Shown piece by piece: positions 48,981-62,285 of a stretch of 64,000 bases of DNA. The position numbers and the translations under genes were made by a program. Each line of letters starts with the position of its first letter. Positions within the stretch are counted from its first letter, which is position 1. This DNA comes from Paraphysomonas bandaiensis (taxonomy: Eukaryota; Protista; Chrysophyceae). Below the pieces are notes generated by a model, which saw only the letters and a list, made by a program, of their open reading frames with translations, made no database searches and had not been told where the DNA came from. The stretch lies in the NCBI GenBank assembly GCA_965644295.1, contig CBFFRP010000069.1:62001-126000 (forward strand), in the 5' to 3' direction.

Positions 48981-49945
48981 TTGAACTTCAGAGATATGAA
49001 TAGAATTATCAATAATAACTTTAATGAAAATAAGAGAGATGTAGAGTAGAATCGCTAATGGATGTCCGTTAAACTGTTCTCTATATAAGGACTTAGATAC
49101 TGGAAGATATTGTATGGATATATGCAATAAAAATAATACTGTGTCAAATTTTCACTTTCCTGTTCTTGTGATATGAAGTTCCCATCCTTAATATCTTGAG
49201 TAGTCACCACTGAAAATAGATATTGGAAAGTAGTATACTGCTGTATATATACTGTAGTACAATCCAAGGATATCCCAACATATATCCATCTATTTCATGG
49301 TACTGGCAATTGAGTTTACCACAATATATATCCGTGCAAACGCCCAGATCAGCGCATTATCAGGTACTATATATGGAAACTCTTCGAGCCTTATTAGCCG
49401 GAATGGAAACACCAGACACTCATTGAACGATGAGTGGACGGCTACGCAAACAGCCTCTCCGTTGCTGAAATAGCTTCTGTACAGTTCTGAATCGTATATG
49501 AATTCTAGATAAGTTTGTTGTTATCGTTGCTATCGTGTATAGTGTTATGTAGAAGATATATACAGAAGTTCACAATGGAGAAAGGTTTGTGCCTCCAGGA
49601 TATGTTGTGGGCTCAAGAACTCTTGGAGACTATAATTGTCATTATGCATTTGCTCTGCACTTTTGACTGACTCAAGTAGTGTATCCACTTGTTATCTACT
49701 CAATTTCAAGGGCCTGTATTCATTTTTGATTTAATAAGTGCTTATCATTGTCGTTTAGATAACGGAAAAGTTTACTTGTTCGTGAACGAGTTGAAATACG
49801 TGGAGGAACAAATGTCTCTAATATTGCCGCAAAATTTCAATATTGATATTCCTTCTCGTCAGCATATTAATAAATTGGTAGACGCTATGTATGTATGTTA
49901 GACAATTCATCAGTATTCCTGTACTTCCTCTAGTACATTTAATGA

Positions 49946-50062
49946 GGGGTATATTATTCAACCTAGTCAAAATGGTTGAATTATTATATGACTAGGTTTT
50001 TACACCAATTTTGGTGTGACTAGGTAGTTCAGCCATTTTGACTGGGTTGAATAATACATCCC
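49946..50062. mobile_element. 117-bp MITE with 9-bp TSD (Mutator-like)
   Basis: Imperfect TIR of about 38 bp (GGGGTATATTATTCAACCTAGTCAAAATGGTTGAA), TSD ATTTAATGA at 49937-49945 and 50063-50071. Confidence 0.85.
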
Positions 50063-50493
50063 ATTTAATGAACTTAATATGTGTCAGAAAGATTTACAAA
50101 AACGTTTTGAGAATATTTTGACCAGGAAGCATACGTAAGATCATTCAAACTACCAGGCTATTAATGTTGTACTGGGCACTGGTATATAATATGTAGTATT
50201 TAGTAAAGGTGGTTATGCTTTGCGCGTTGTGTTAATGAATGTAGCTACCATTGCGTTGTAGAGAAGTTTTGTACGTGCCAACTTTAGTCTGCAATTATCT
50301 ACGTCAACAAACTACTTGAGTACTTCTTTTGAAAGATAAAACAAATACTTCTAAAATAGGAAAACTGCTTATCATTATTCCAGTATACAGCCCCAAACAT
50401 TGTCTGCCGTTGACATTAAAATATGTACGCAGATGTGCCGGGGAAAATATATATCATCCGCTACATCACAACCTCCATATGTAATAACCCAAA

Positions 50494-51425
50494 TCACGCG
50501 TGAGGGTCAGGTATGATACCCCTCTTCTCAGCGTCGCGATATGCATTTCCAAAGGGTAAATACTCATCCCGGTGACTATTCCCGAGGCTAGCAAAACTCT
50601 TTGCTTGCTGTGTATACAACATAATTAGAAAGTAAGGTATGACAAGGATGTACAGACCTTCTCAAAGGAAACGAACTCCTCTTCCTTAATGTCTCTGATG
50701 TACACAGCCGGATTACCTGCCCAGAGCTCGCCGGGAGGGACGATCGTGTGAGGAAGCAGAACGGAACCTGCAGCGATCATGCTCCCGCTCTCCACCACGC
50801 ATCCCTCCGATATAACAGCATTCATTCCGATGACACAGTGGTCCTCAATAACACACGAGTTGAGCACAGCGCCTTGGCCAATGGTACAATGATGTCTGAT
50901 ATTAACGTCCGCAGGAAGTCCTGTCTCCAGCTCCTGGGTACTATTGATCACCACTTTGTCCTGCACATGTTCAGTTTGAGCAGTGTTCAAGAAGAGGGAT
51001 ATTACAGAGCTGGATATTACCTGCACATTAGTAAAGGACCCAATCCTGACTTTATTTTTATCTCCACGAATGACAGCGCCAAACCACACCTAATGTAATG
51101 TTAAACTACAATATAGATACATTGGGATAGTATTACTGATGATTGAGTCATGAGAGTAACGTCACCAATAAGTGTGGCGTTCGGGGCAACAAACGCATCT
51201 AATGCAACTAGAGGATACTGCAAAAAGTCAATGCATTAATACATTTTTCTCGTTTATTTACTGCTATAGTACACCTTCTTTTGCATAGGCATCTGATTCC
51301 TGTGACGAACAAATGATTCATTAAATACTTCATTCTCTGCCAGTCTCAAGGCAACACGGTCAAGAGCTTGACCAGATTCTCTCAGAGCTCTACCGAAATA
51401 ATGAACGGCCTTTCTAACAAACATG
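50494..51425 (-). CDS. Gamma carbonic anhydrase-like protein (mitochondrial complex I CA module), 5 exons
   Basis: GRALRESGQALDR, FVAPNATLIGDV, VWFGAVIRGD, hexapeptide repeats, ELWAGNPA. Confidence 0.9.
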
Positions 51426-51841
51426 GTTGCAGATAATAGTGGTGACCACAGTGGCAGTGAACTTGGCAGTCCAACACTGCACCGAAATAACTACATATTT
51501 TTTCACTTAACTATATTACTGTGTTTTTGCCCAAGTGTTAGTATGTGCTGCTCGTGCTTACATGTATAATCAACAGCATATGCCTATCATCTAGAGTTAG
51601 AGTATCTTCTAGAGTTTTCAGTTTCCTAGAATATAGGAACGAATCATAATGGTTATTTCTTGATTACTATGCATTGATTGGCAGTGGGAGAGGAATATAA
51701 GATATGGACGTATTGTTGTGGTCTACTTCCTAAATATGAACGTATGTAAAGAATGATGCTGGAAGGTTGCTTAGCTCATTGTTCAGATATTATTAGGACG
51801 CATATATGAACCAACGCAAGTTAAGATTCTAGTAGAACGTA

Positions 51842-53353
51842 ATGAATAAAGCTAAAAGCACTGATGAAGGCACTGTGGAAGTCAATATTGTTCAGGCCGC
51901 TTCTATGTACAGTTCCTCTGATCACTTTGATATGAAGTCATTTCGAAATCTCATTCATGATTTATTATGTTTGAGAGAAGGAACACTCTTCCAACCACGT
52001 GCTATCGTAACGCGTGTCAGCGATGCTATTGCAGAATATGTGGATGTGCCTACTGAAACTCAAAAACTAGACATAGTCAAAATTGTCGAATTGTTTAATA
52101 ATTGGGATAAGGTGATGAGAATGGGCACTGTAATCGAATCTGGTGGTTCAAAACTGCCTAGTTTGCAGAACTACGAAACTCTCGAGCAGTTGGTAGTACT
52201 CCGTAAAGCCCGATCAAAGGAGAAACAATTGAAATGCGCCGAGGATAAACCTTCCCCTTCGAAGACCACTGGGTCTAATCTACAGTGGGTTTATTCTTCT
52301 GGTCCTGGAAAGGGCTCTGTCGTGCCGTCGTACTGTTTGCTACAAGAGAAAAAATGGAGGTTTTGTGACCATGGAGATGGCACAGGGGCGCTATACTGGT
52401 GGCCAGGAAGGGATACAAAGGAAGGGATATCTATGCTTTCCCAGGGGGAATTTAAAGCTGTCTTAGTAGAAAAAATTGATGTTAATGATTCCTCTACTTA
52501 TAGCAGACCACAGTCTGCGCGAATTATTGGAAGGGAAATATCTGAACCAAAGGAAGCTAGTGCATTAGCCCAAGCTATTGCTAAAGAAGTCCAGAGGATC
52601 GATACTGTCAGCCCAGTGGATATCAACCTCGAAGAGAGCAAAACCGCTGGTAGAAATGAGGCTGCAGAGGTGCTTTGCCCGATGGGGCACCCTGTTGTGC
52701 TTACTGATACTCCTGAGTCCGGGTGGTTCGATTCCTACTGGCGGTGCGCATGCGCAAGGCAGGAAACAGGCTGCCTATCAGGGTACTTCGCAAGGAGGGA
52801 GCTGCGGTACAGCTGTTCTGCCGGGTGCAATTGGGATATATGTGGGCCATGTCGAGACCGACTGCTAATGATGGAGCGATATCCAAGAGATGGAAAAGAT
52901 CCATGCGAGGATGTGGACCGGAGATTGAAATCGCTTGGCATGCATTCGGTTGAAGTGGGAAGTGGGGGGGACTGCTTCTTCCGATGCCTTACTGCACAGC
53001 ACCCATGGTTCTGTTTTGAACCATCAGCCTATAATAGTTTACTCGCTAGGATAAAAGTAATTGATCACATGGCTGAAAATAGAAAATTATATGAATCGTT
53101 CGTTGCCTATGACGACGTAACCACCGACTACGATGAGTACATACGACGCATGTACCTTCCCACCACTTGGATAGAGGGAGGTATTGAGGTGATTGCTACG
53201 GCAGAGGTCTGGAATGTTAATATCCATATATATGGAGTAGATGAGAGTCATGACAGGGTGGTATGCCCACAATCCTCTAATATTGATACTAGGGACGTTT
53301 TTATGGTACATTATTACGACTATCATTATCGAGTGGTGGAATATATCAGATGA
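51842..53353 (+). CDS. OTU-domain deubiquitinase-like protein with a Cys-rich (ZZ-like) finger
   Basis: GGDCFFRCL (catalytic Cys), WIEGGIEV, YDYHY (His); CPMGH...YSCSAGCNWDICGPC. Confidence 0.82.
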   Translation: MNKAKSTDEGTVEVNIVQAASMYSSSDHFDMKSFRNLIHDLLCLREGTLFQPRAIVTRVSDAIAEYVDVPTETQKLDIVKIVELFNNWDKVMRMGTVIESGGSKLPSLQNYETLEQLVVLRKARSKEKQLKCAEDKPSPSKTTGSNLQWVYSSGPGKGSVVPSYCLLQEKKWRFCDHGDGTGALYWWPGRDTKEGISMLSQGEFKAVLVEKIDVNDSSTYSRPQSARIIGREISEPKEASALAQAIAKEVQRIDTVSPVDINLEESKTAGRNEAAEVLCPMGHPVVLTDTPESGWFDSYWRCACARQETGCLSGYFARRELRYSCSAGCNWDICGPCRDRLLMMERYPRDGKDPCEDVDRRLKSLGMHSVEVGSGGDCFFRCLTAQHPWFCFEPSAYNSLLARIKVIDHMAENRKLYESFVAYDDVTTDYDEYIRRMYLPTTWIEGGIEVIATAEVWNVNIHIYGVDESHDRVVCPQSSNIDTRDVFMVHYYDYHYRVVEYIR

Positions 53354-54457
53354 TTTTGGTGATGTAATAAGTTTATTTTATACCATAATTTCGTATATAC
53401 CTGCTATACGCCAATATATTTATATTCGCCGTGAGTGAGTTCGGCAGCTCTAAAGTACAAGTGGGTAGATTTCAGTAAGAACAGTGAAACTCAAATGATT
53501 GTTAAGTATTAGCACTGTTGCATATATACTACAATAAGTAATACGAGAGTTGTAAAAATGATCATGATGGAAGAATTAGAGCACTCTTTCACGTTTATAT
53601 ATAGCAGAGTAAAATAGATACAGCAAGAATATATTTAAGTACATTTTAGTAGAAAACCGACACACAAAATGTATTTTACTGCAGCTATAACAGTTTAAAT
53701 TCGATGTATGTTACTTAAAGAAAGTTTTTACTAGTAGATGTGGTTTCAGCAGTTGCTTCATGCCGAGGCTGAGGTAAACACTGTTGAGGTAATCGAATAA
53801 TGTGTATCAAAACGTCTGTTCGGTAAGATGACACTGCACATGCATCATGTATTTATGGCGTAATTCCGAAGTAGAAGTAACGATACGTAACGGTGAATTC
53901 ATTCGGACCGAATCCTAATAAGGATCGCGAGTCTCATTAATGAATATTGCAGAGTGTGTGTTTCATTTCAATCCAAACACCATGAAGAGTACCTTCTTCA
54001 GCTCTATGTAACTCCTCTATGTCATTATATTCTCTTTCATCATACTGTGACCAGTCGTAAGTGCTAATAGGTCACATCACCTACTGCTGTGTACAGGATT
54101 TGGCACAGTGCTTCCAGAAGAATGAATCGTCTAAAACCAGACCAGACAGACACAGGGCTATTTTTTATAAACTAGCAGATTGTCTTAAAATCCCACTATT
54201 TTAGAAAAACCTTTGATAATCAATTGAAACTTAAGTTTTCATGATATAAAAATCCCATATTCTATGTTTTCAGTTTTCTTGTGTCAGTATCTTGTACAGA
54301 CGCATCAACTGCTCGGTGCTCTGAGAGGAGGATTGTGTCTGTGTATGTATGTGTGTGTGGGCAGATTTCAGGTCCACAGTGGTGTACATTGGTCAAACAC
54401 GGTACATATAGGCATACATCTCTACTTTCAATTAAATTTTCATACAAACGGCAAGCT

Positions 54458-55670
54458 GATGAGACGGTATTCGTATCGAACACAAGAAGTATTGGTCTAT
54501 ATTCAAGATCATCCAGAGGCTAAAGCATTAATCCATCATGTGAATAACGGACGCAACTCACTATTCACTAAAAATTGTCCTACTCGACCTGAAGTAACAA
54601 GAGGATGTGATGTTCTACTAGGATGGTGTGATGCTATGAAAAGTATAGGTGATGGTAAACGCGCACGTGAAAAATTTCGTGATGAGTGGACTGCTCAACA
54701 AGTCAAGTCTGCGCTACTTGTTTTGATCACCGAACTGTGGTGTCCTATGTCCGTTAGTCTAGAAAATCTTCGAGATGCTATGCAGGGTCCATATAAAAGT
54801 AGCAAGGGTGTACTTACTACTGCCATGAAGCAGGCGTCGCATATAATTACTGAGCTTCGCGATGATGTCCGCGCCTCACTTGTCCATCCTTCTCTCGCAC
54901 ATGATCCTCAAGTGAACGGCGCCAGTCAGTGCCTCTCACTTTTAAATGCCAGTTCGAATAGTAGTCCTAAGATTACACCACCTTACGGCGGACCTCAGTA
55001 TGCCTGGGACTCAAGCGCCGAATCCAAGGTACCATCCCCCAATTCTCTCCCTACCCTTCCATCTATTGACCAAATGCGGGATCATAAGGGCAACTATATG
55101 GAGCAAAACACTGCCCTTCTTGGGGGATCTCTTAATGAAACAAGCATTCTTGCATCCTCTACTACTACCCCTTTAACGACCATACAAAAAGATGAGATCC
55201 CATCAACTGATGAGTCCGATGTCGCAGCTCTACTTGTGCAAATGCGAGACCGAGACGAACATGCTTCTCCACTTGAGGACGGCCTAGTTACCTGCCATAT
55301 CGACCCAGATAATCATCAGACAAGCTTCATATCAATGCTGATTGAAGAGGGATTTGCGCGTGATCTGATGTTGCAGAACTCAGAGCACTGGATGGCACGG
55401 GTGATATTCTTGCTGAATTTAGATCTGGTGGGATCCCAGGTACCTTTATTTCATACAGATGGGTCACCCCTTTCCTATGGCCCAGGTGATCGGTTTGAAA
55501 TGACAACAACAGGTTCTGACAAGCACCTGCATATTTACTTTGGAGAAGAAAAGGGACAGAAGGTAGCTTTTCAACGGACTATCGCCTCGAATATCATACA
55601 AAAGTTGAGGAGGTGTGGAGAGCTACCTGATTCGAATCCAGCCAAAAGAATCAAGTGTAATTCTCAGTAG
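54458..55670 (+). CDS. Hypothetical protein (5' exon structure uncertain)
   Basis: ORF of over 400 codons; C-terminal PAKRIK is NLS-like; no family recognised. Confidence 0.6.
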
Positions 55671-56691
55671 GTTATTGACAACAGGTATGAATTGAGTGGA
55701 GAGCAGGTTAAAATCTGCCACCTCCTCGTCATCGGTACAACTATTGCAGTGTGGTGAGATAAATTTTGTACTATATTAGTGCCATGCTTATATGTAGTAA
55801 ATCGTATTATGGATAATAAATATAACAATTTACTGGTCTTCGTGTGAAAATGTCATAACTGCTTGTATTTTATTGAACCAAGTTTTGCCTTGATTGTAGA
55901 GTATAAGATGTAAATACCCAGTATTTTTCTAGAGAGTCAAAGTTCATGTCAACTACATTCTAGTCACCTCACTCCTAAGCAAGCTATCAATACAAGGTAT
56001 ATATTATTGAATCTTCTCTCCTTAATCTTGAATCTTCCATTCCGCTATCGCTTCACATGAGAAGTATAGATCTTTACATGAAGTAAGAGGACGAATGTGT
56101 TTTTATCATGGTAATACGTAATACTTATTCTACAAGTTTCATTGTCTACATAACCCACCTCTTAAACACAAATAAACACAAAGAGGGCCTTTTCGATATA
56201 TTTGGAAGGTTTCCATATTACGGCTTGTGGTGATCGATGTATAACGTACATATGTACCAGAGTATATTACGCATGACCTCATTGCGAACAAACACCAAAA
56301 ACAATAGAAATGAAGAATGAAATAATAAGTCTTTTTACATGTTCTACTTCTTGACATTAATACGACCAAAATATGTTATATAAGTAATGTAATTTTAGGA
56401 AAGCCTACAATAAGGAGGCACTATCACTGCCGCATTCTTCAATCACGTAAATGACTTTATCACAGATTAACAAATTTTATCCACGGTCACAGTGGCCATT
56501 CGGTATCGCAGGACGAAAGACCGCACTTAGGACTACTATTCAACAATTGTACAGAACAGAACTAAGCAATCGAAGCATACGAGACATACTGTGAATTTAA
56601 TTCTTCAATTGCAGTATACTTTTTCTCCTTTGATACTTTCCTGCAACTAAGGTCGTTTAAAAAAACATGCTAACATAACTTCTGAATGCAT

Positions 56692-57474
56692 TTAATCAGA
56701 ATGATTGTTCTTGCTTGCTCTCACTACCGGAGTGAAAAGCACCCAATCAATGTGTACAGGACAATCCAAGGCTCGTGCACGCAGCAAAATTAGTTGAATC
56801 ACACCAACATATGCACCAAAACCAGCAGTGACATGCCAAAGAATGTGGAAAGTCATTCCATAAGTGAGGTTGTAATACGGTAAAAGTACTTCGCACATAT
56901 TCATATCGATGACCCATATCACGGCACCCACAAATAAATAAGTAAACAAGCTTACACACCACACCTTTAAAATGAGAGTATCACGAGGTGATGACCAAAC
57001 CAAAACAGTATTCCATGTAATCACTATTGTTGTGGCTATGGAATACATCGTTAAAAAGGATGCGTACCATGATCTCATAGAATAATATATATACGTCACA
57101 ACCACAGTGATAAATACAAAAAACACTGAAACATGGTCCAGTTTGTAAGCTCCTTTAGGTCCATGTATTCGACACAGACAGAGTAGACAAGCCAGGTCAA
57201 ACCATAGCATCGGTATTTCATCCAAACTCTGAGGGAACCAGTGCAAAGTCGTATGTAAGGCAACTGAACCTAATCCAACAAATGTAACAAGAAGAAAAAG
57301 GAAACTAAATGGCCATTCTTTCGTTGGATTGCTATAAAAGTACCCGATGAAGCCTATAATTGCTATATAGAGAGAGCTTGCTGCATTAAAAGGCTCCGCT
57401 ACAAACTTAGTCAGAATATAATCAGGTTCACAGAAATCTACTGAAGAAGAATGAGGGATCCAATAACCTGTCAT
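56692..57474 (-). CDS. Alkaline ceramidase (ACER/CREST family)
   Basis: GYW..SSSVDFCEPDY, AEPFNAASS, GLGSVALHTTL, LDEIPM, HILWH. Confidence 0.92.
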   Translation of the reverse strand: MTGYWIPHSSSVDFCEPDYILTKFVAEPFNAASSLYIAIIGFIGYFYSNPTKEWPFSFLFLLVTFVGLGSVALHTTLHWFPQSLDEIPMLWFDLACLLCLCRIHGPKGAYKLDHVSVFFVFITVVVTYIYYSMRSWYASFLTMYSIATTIVITWNTVLVWSSPRDTLILKVWCVSLFTYLFVGAVIWVIDMNMCEVLLPYYNLTYGMTFHILWHVTAGFGAYVGVIQLILLRARALDCPVHIDWVLFTPVVRASKNNHSD

Positions 57475-57861
57475 GTTAAATGTTAACTTGTAACAATGAA
57501 AGAGAGAGTGAATAATTCTATATAGTCTGCTCTGTTCATGCACATCCAGACATGGTTCGAACAGCCAGTAGGATTCCTGCCTGCACACACTACGAAGGAG
57601 AACAAAGCATAGAATACAACAGCAGTATATCCACAGAGTACAGCAGTCATCTACAAGACATACATATACATACAGTAGTATATACAGTCCACTCTGTCTA
57701 TGGTATGGGTATGTATGTGTGGATGTGTATGGCATCTTTCTCCTCCAAGTTCATAAGTACACACTGACCATTCCAACATTAATAACTCTACTAGAGGTAT
57801 TCATTAACCTCTTCACTCTACTATCACATTTTTTGATAATTTCTATTACACGGCAGTGTAA

Positions 57862-58284
57862 ATGGCATCTAACAAGGTTTATGTTGGCAATTTGCCGTTT
57901 TCAGCCACAGATGTTGATGTACAGCAACTGTTTGAAGGTCATGGTAAAGTAATCGGCATTAACCTTCGTGTGGACCGTAATACGGGAAAACAACGTGGAT
58001 TTGGCTTTGTTACTTTTGAAGATCCTGCTTCTGCATTAAGTGCAATTCATGATTTGCATGGAACAGATTTTTTCGGCAGAACCCTCACAGTTAGTGCTGC
58101 AACTGCCCGTGGATCAGCCTCTGAGTCTTCCCAAGGCGATGTGGACACATCCTGGAAAACTGCACCACCTAAAAGGAAATCTGACAAGAAGGGTGGTAAG
58201 CAGCAAGGAAATCAGAAAACTAAGCAAAGAGATTGGTCTGAATGGGCGTCGCCGACACCAGCGATGTCAACGAAGAACACTTAG
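57862..58284 (+). CDS. Single-RRM RNA-binding protein
   Basis: RNP2 VYVGNL and RNP1 RGFGFVTF. Confidence 0.92.
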   Translation: MASNKVYVGNLPFSATDVDVQQLFEGHGKVIGINLRVDRNTGKQRGFGFVTFEDPASALSAIHDLHGTDFFGRTLTVSAATARGSASESSQGDVDTSWKTAPPKRKSDKKGGKQQGNQKTKQRDWSEWASPTPAMSTKNT

Positions 58285-58810
58285 TTGTTGTCGTATTGAT
58301 ATGTTTATAAATCATTTAGTCATCTAGATATATGTATTTACGCAATTAGTATGATCTCTCGGATATATCAGATCCTCACTCGTATTCTAATAAATATTTC
58401 TGATAGCACTGTTATGTGAGGATTTACTTCTTTACTTCAATGTGCTTGTAGTGTGAGGGTCGTTTAATTAGTATTAATAGCGCTATATCACAAGCATTTT
58501 TGAACACATATACTTTGATACCTGGACCAAGAACAATTGTTGTGCTCGACAATACATGTCTGCCTGTGAATATTGAAGAAAATATATAGGTAGGAAGTAT
58601 AGTTTTATATACTTATTAGGTTATAGAAAACTGATATACTAATGGCCATACGACAGACGTTAATAGAGCAAATGGTGAGACAGCATTGGTTGCAAAAGAA
58701 GAAAGTAAAAGTTGAATGAGACTTCTCACAACCCACGTTCATCAATTAATTAACAACAAATTATATATGAAAATATTGTTCTATAGAAATTTCTATATGA
58801 GCATCATATC

Positions 58811-59279
58811 ACCGTACGACACTAACAGGCCCTAGACAACGGCGACGACGTCTCCGGCAACTCCACCTATGCCCAACGCCCGGACGGTGCATGGCGACAC
58901 CGCCACATTCCACGACACCATCAACCTTTCAGTGCACACATCTAGTGCTCGGTACGCTCAGGACCTTAATACAGAACCCTGTACCTCAGAGCCAGGCGGA
59001 TTCTTATCCCAAGGGGAGACCCCCGGACAACACGAGCGAGTGAGTCCTCAGACACACGAGCAGGACGAACTCACACACAACATCAAGAACGGAAGTGGTT
59101 GCACCTTAGTGCTTGTGGCGACGCACAAGCAGCTTCTGTAGCGCTAAATTGTAGGATAATAGAATTTGTGCTGATTAGTTATGGGTAGAGGTCTAAGTAG
59201 TAGATCTAGCATTCAACTAGCCACTTTATCGGAACGAGTTTTTAACGCCTATTGCTAAATAAAAAGACTTTCAATAATA
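58811..59279 (+). mobile_element. Severely 5'-truncated copy of the LINE, with TSD
   Basis: Highly similar to 37662-38127; 10-bp TSD ATCATATCAC at 58803-58812 and 59280-59289; short (AAT)n tail. Confidence 0.92.
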
Positions 59280-60201
59280 ATCATATCACTTCAAAAATAA
59301 TTAGAGTAGCTGAATGTTGAGGTATTAATTGCCATATATGCAACTGTAGGGAGGTGGGATAAAATATTGAACTATTTTTTCGGCAGATAACTACTTGTCG
59401 ACTGCGATACCTCATCACTCAACTTCTATAGGTTCAGCCAATCTATACGTTTACGTCAACGAAAATTAAAAATACTCTTATATAAAGCGTCTGAAAGGAC
59501 AATCAGTACAAAAAGAAATGACGAAAGAGCGTAAATGTATATCTGTAGATGTCAAACACAAATCTGTAGTTGATACCTAGTAAAACTCATATTCACTTGA
59601 GTCAATTCAGCTTCCACTGCAAATCATTACATATATATATGTTCATTGTATATAAAATACAAGATCAGATCTCGTAACTGTCATCTGTGAGGCAGACAAC
59701 TAGTGGAATTCAAGTAATATATACTCATAATCAATAAATTAGTGAAACTCGTGCTGCCACATACCCAGTGCATGGAGCATTATATGTGTTTACATGCATT
59801 TCCTCCATATGCCTTAACTAACGCTCTTCTCCATACATTATCTGTGTATATACATACGTACCATCATATCATACTGGTATCTATTTTTTTTGTGCTAGAG
59901 ATTATTAGCCAATCACATGAGGTTATACTCATACATATGGATATCTCAACGTTCATCTATGATGCACACGATGGCTCTATAGCCTAAAATAGGTATCATA
60001 TATCCGGTATACAGTGTAGGATATGTGGAGTCCATGCAATACATACATGCATATCTATTGCTTGTTGCATGGCATGCTTGTTACATATGTATGTCCACTG
60101 CACTGACTAACCCTCGTCTAACTTATCATCGCCATAAGATAATATAACAGTTTCTTTATACCACTATATCTTTATATATTACTAAAGGTATTGTTTAATT
60201 G

Positions 60202-61257
60202 ATGTCGATTGAATTAGACTCTCAAGAAGTGGATAGTAAGAAACTGGTGCATCCAAAGCATGTTGGTGGCAATTTGGATATACCGGATATACTCGAGAGA
60301 GAGGCACAGCTACAAAGTGCTAAAACCATATTGAATACTAAGATAAGTGCATACATTGAGGAACAAGAGCGTGACAGATCTCCTGAGGCGAAAGCGGGAC
60401 GGAGGAGGGCTATGGTCCGTGCAGCCTATGGGGAATTTATGTGTACCTTCATACTTTTGTTCCCCATATTGAGTGTTATCACTAACAGTCATGTTAGTGG
60501 ATGGAGTGCAGATGTATCAAGTCTGGCGATTTCACTTACAGCAGGGATGCAAGCAGTGGCAGTTTGCTTTGCTTTCTCGAGTGTTTCAGGATCGCACTTC
60601 AACCCATCCATCTCATTCGCATTATGGCTTACTGGCAAGCTCAGTAACAGGAAGACTCTTCTGTACATCTGTGTACAACTTTTAGCATCAATGGTTGCTA
60701 CGGGAGCAGTGATCGCGATATTTCACGATGACAACAGTGATATATATGACGCACTTGTAGTTAAACCACCAGAAGGTGACGACTATCTTGGCAAAGTATT
60801 TGCCACGGAGTTTATTCTCACATTTATTTTAACTTATGTCGCATTTACTATTGCTTTTGAAGATGCTGAAGTACAGAAGCGCGATACCATGTCATTCAAA
60901 GGGGTGGCACAGACCCGTGGCCTGACTATCTATGCTTCTAACCCCCAGTCTAAAACAGGATTTGCACCTTTCGTAATAGGGTTCACGATATTCACACTTT
61001 CGCTAATATCTGGTAGCAGTGGTGGGGCATTCAACCAAGCGAGAGTGTTTGGACCTGCGATTCTCAGTGGGCGGTGGGCACATGTGTATCTCTACGTCAT
61101 TGCTGAATTTGCGGGGTCCGCCACTGCAGGGCTGATGGTTCACAACCTGCATCGCTTCGGACTGAGGGCTGTGGCTACCGCTAAAGCTGACGACGAAGAT
61201 GACAGCGCTTCTCCTATTAGCGAGGTCGTATCACCTATGAAGTCGAATGCATTGTGA
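60202..61257 (+). CDS. MIP/aquaporin family channel with variant NPA boxes
   Basis: GEFMCT, SGSHFNPSIS, EFILTFIL, GGAFNQARVFGP; about six TM segments. Confidence 0.9.
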   Translation: MSIELDSQEVDSKKLVHPKHVGGNLDIPDILEREAQLQSAKTILNTKISAYIEEQERDRSPEAKAGRRRAMVRAAYGEFMCTFILLFPILSVITNSHVSGWSADVSSLAISLTAGMQAVAVCFAFSSVSGSHFNPSISFALWLTGKLSNRKTLLYICVQLLASMVATGAVIAIFHDDNSDIYDALVVKPPEGDDYLGKVFATEFILTFILTYVAFTIAFEDAEVQKRDTMSFKGVAQTRGLTIYASNPQSKTGFAPFVIGFTIFTLSLISGSSGGAFNQARVFGPAILSGRWAHVYLYVIAEFAGSATAGLMVHNLHRFGLRAVATAKADDEDDSASPISEVVSPMKSNAL

Positions 61258-62285
61258 TCTTGTTATAGTGAAAATGCACTAAACAGCATATTAATATTGA
61301 AAACGCTTAGTTATAAAGCCGTTAATATCCGTAACCTCTAGTAAATGAAAATATAATTCTATTTGCACTTATTGCTCAACTCTATTTACAATATATAAAT
61401 ATAATATTATGAACAACAACTAAACTATAGAGTAGTGTGGTATCCTGTTGGAATATTATTATTATTAATTTCAGAAAGCAAACGGGAGCTAGGTTGGGTG
61501 CAAGTAGCACGTAAGCTTACATGTATATGTGTATCGTTGGAAACATCCATTCGACAGCCCCCATTAGATCTCTATCCAACACCCACTGCACTTTCCTACA
61601 CACGCACTTTACACTCCACCTCCTCGAGAACCTCTAGACATACTTTCTCATCTCCTTTCGTCTCTGATACCTTACCATCACCTCTCGCACGTACACACCC
61701 TATGCTTCACCCTGTACCCCCTGCACTAACACAGACACTAAGAGCAGCTGAGGACATCTGAGTTTCTTCTCCAGATCATCATGTTCATCACATGCATAGA
61801 TCTATCAGAGTACTGACCTTAGTGACCCTTGTTCTGTTGCACAGTCATACACTCCTCAATCAGATATTGCCTCTATTGTACCATCACACTTCCTCTTGAC
61901 TCCCTGTTGTAAGGTATACCGGAAAACCCTCGCATCCCACTGGTGTCCAACTACACACTCTCTTCCATATGTTCTCTGCTACTGGCTATAAGACATCAAA
62001 AGAGCTGATTCTTTACAGTAGATTAACACCTTTTGCAAGACCTACCTCCGAGTCACTAGGCACAGTGCCTAACGGAAGGCCACCAGGTATCACCAAACTC
62101 AGAAGGGTATATTGCTGCTTGCAATAGTTGCCGTCAGGCACATTAGACAGTCCCAGATGTGGTGTAGTCCCAGATTGCGCAAAATGTATGTGTAGTCTTA
62201 AGTGTTCCAGTGTGGTAGTAGTAGACTGAGATCATTGCTTTTACTTGTCATGCTGTACGACGTACCCTACAAACGCATATATGAA

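Noticed and set aside
53880-53900. CGATACGTAA..GTGAATT resembling 5.8S rRNA
   Set aside because: Too short, and other conserved 5.8S segments are absent.
54456-54482. CTGATGA as a hammerhead ribozyme core
   Set aside because: No properly placed stem II plus GAAA; other CTGATGA sites checked also failed.
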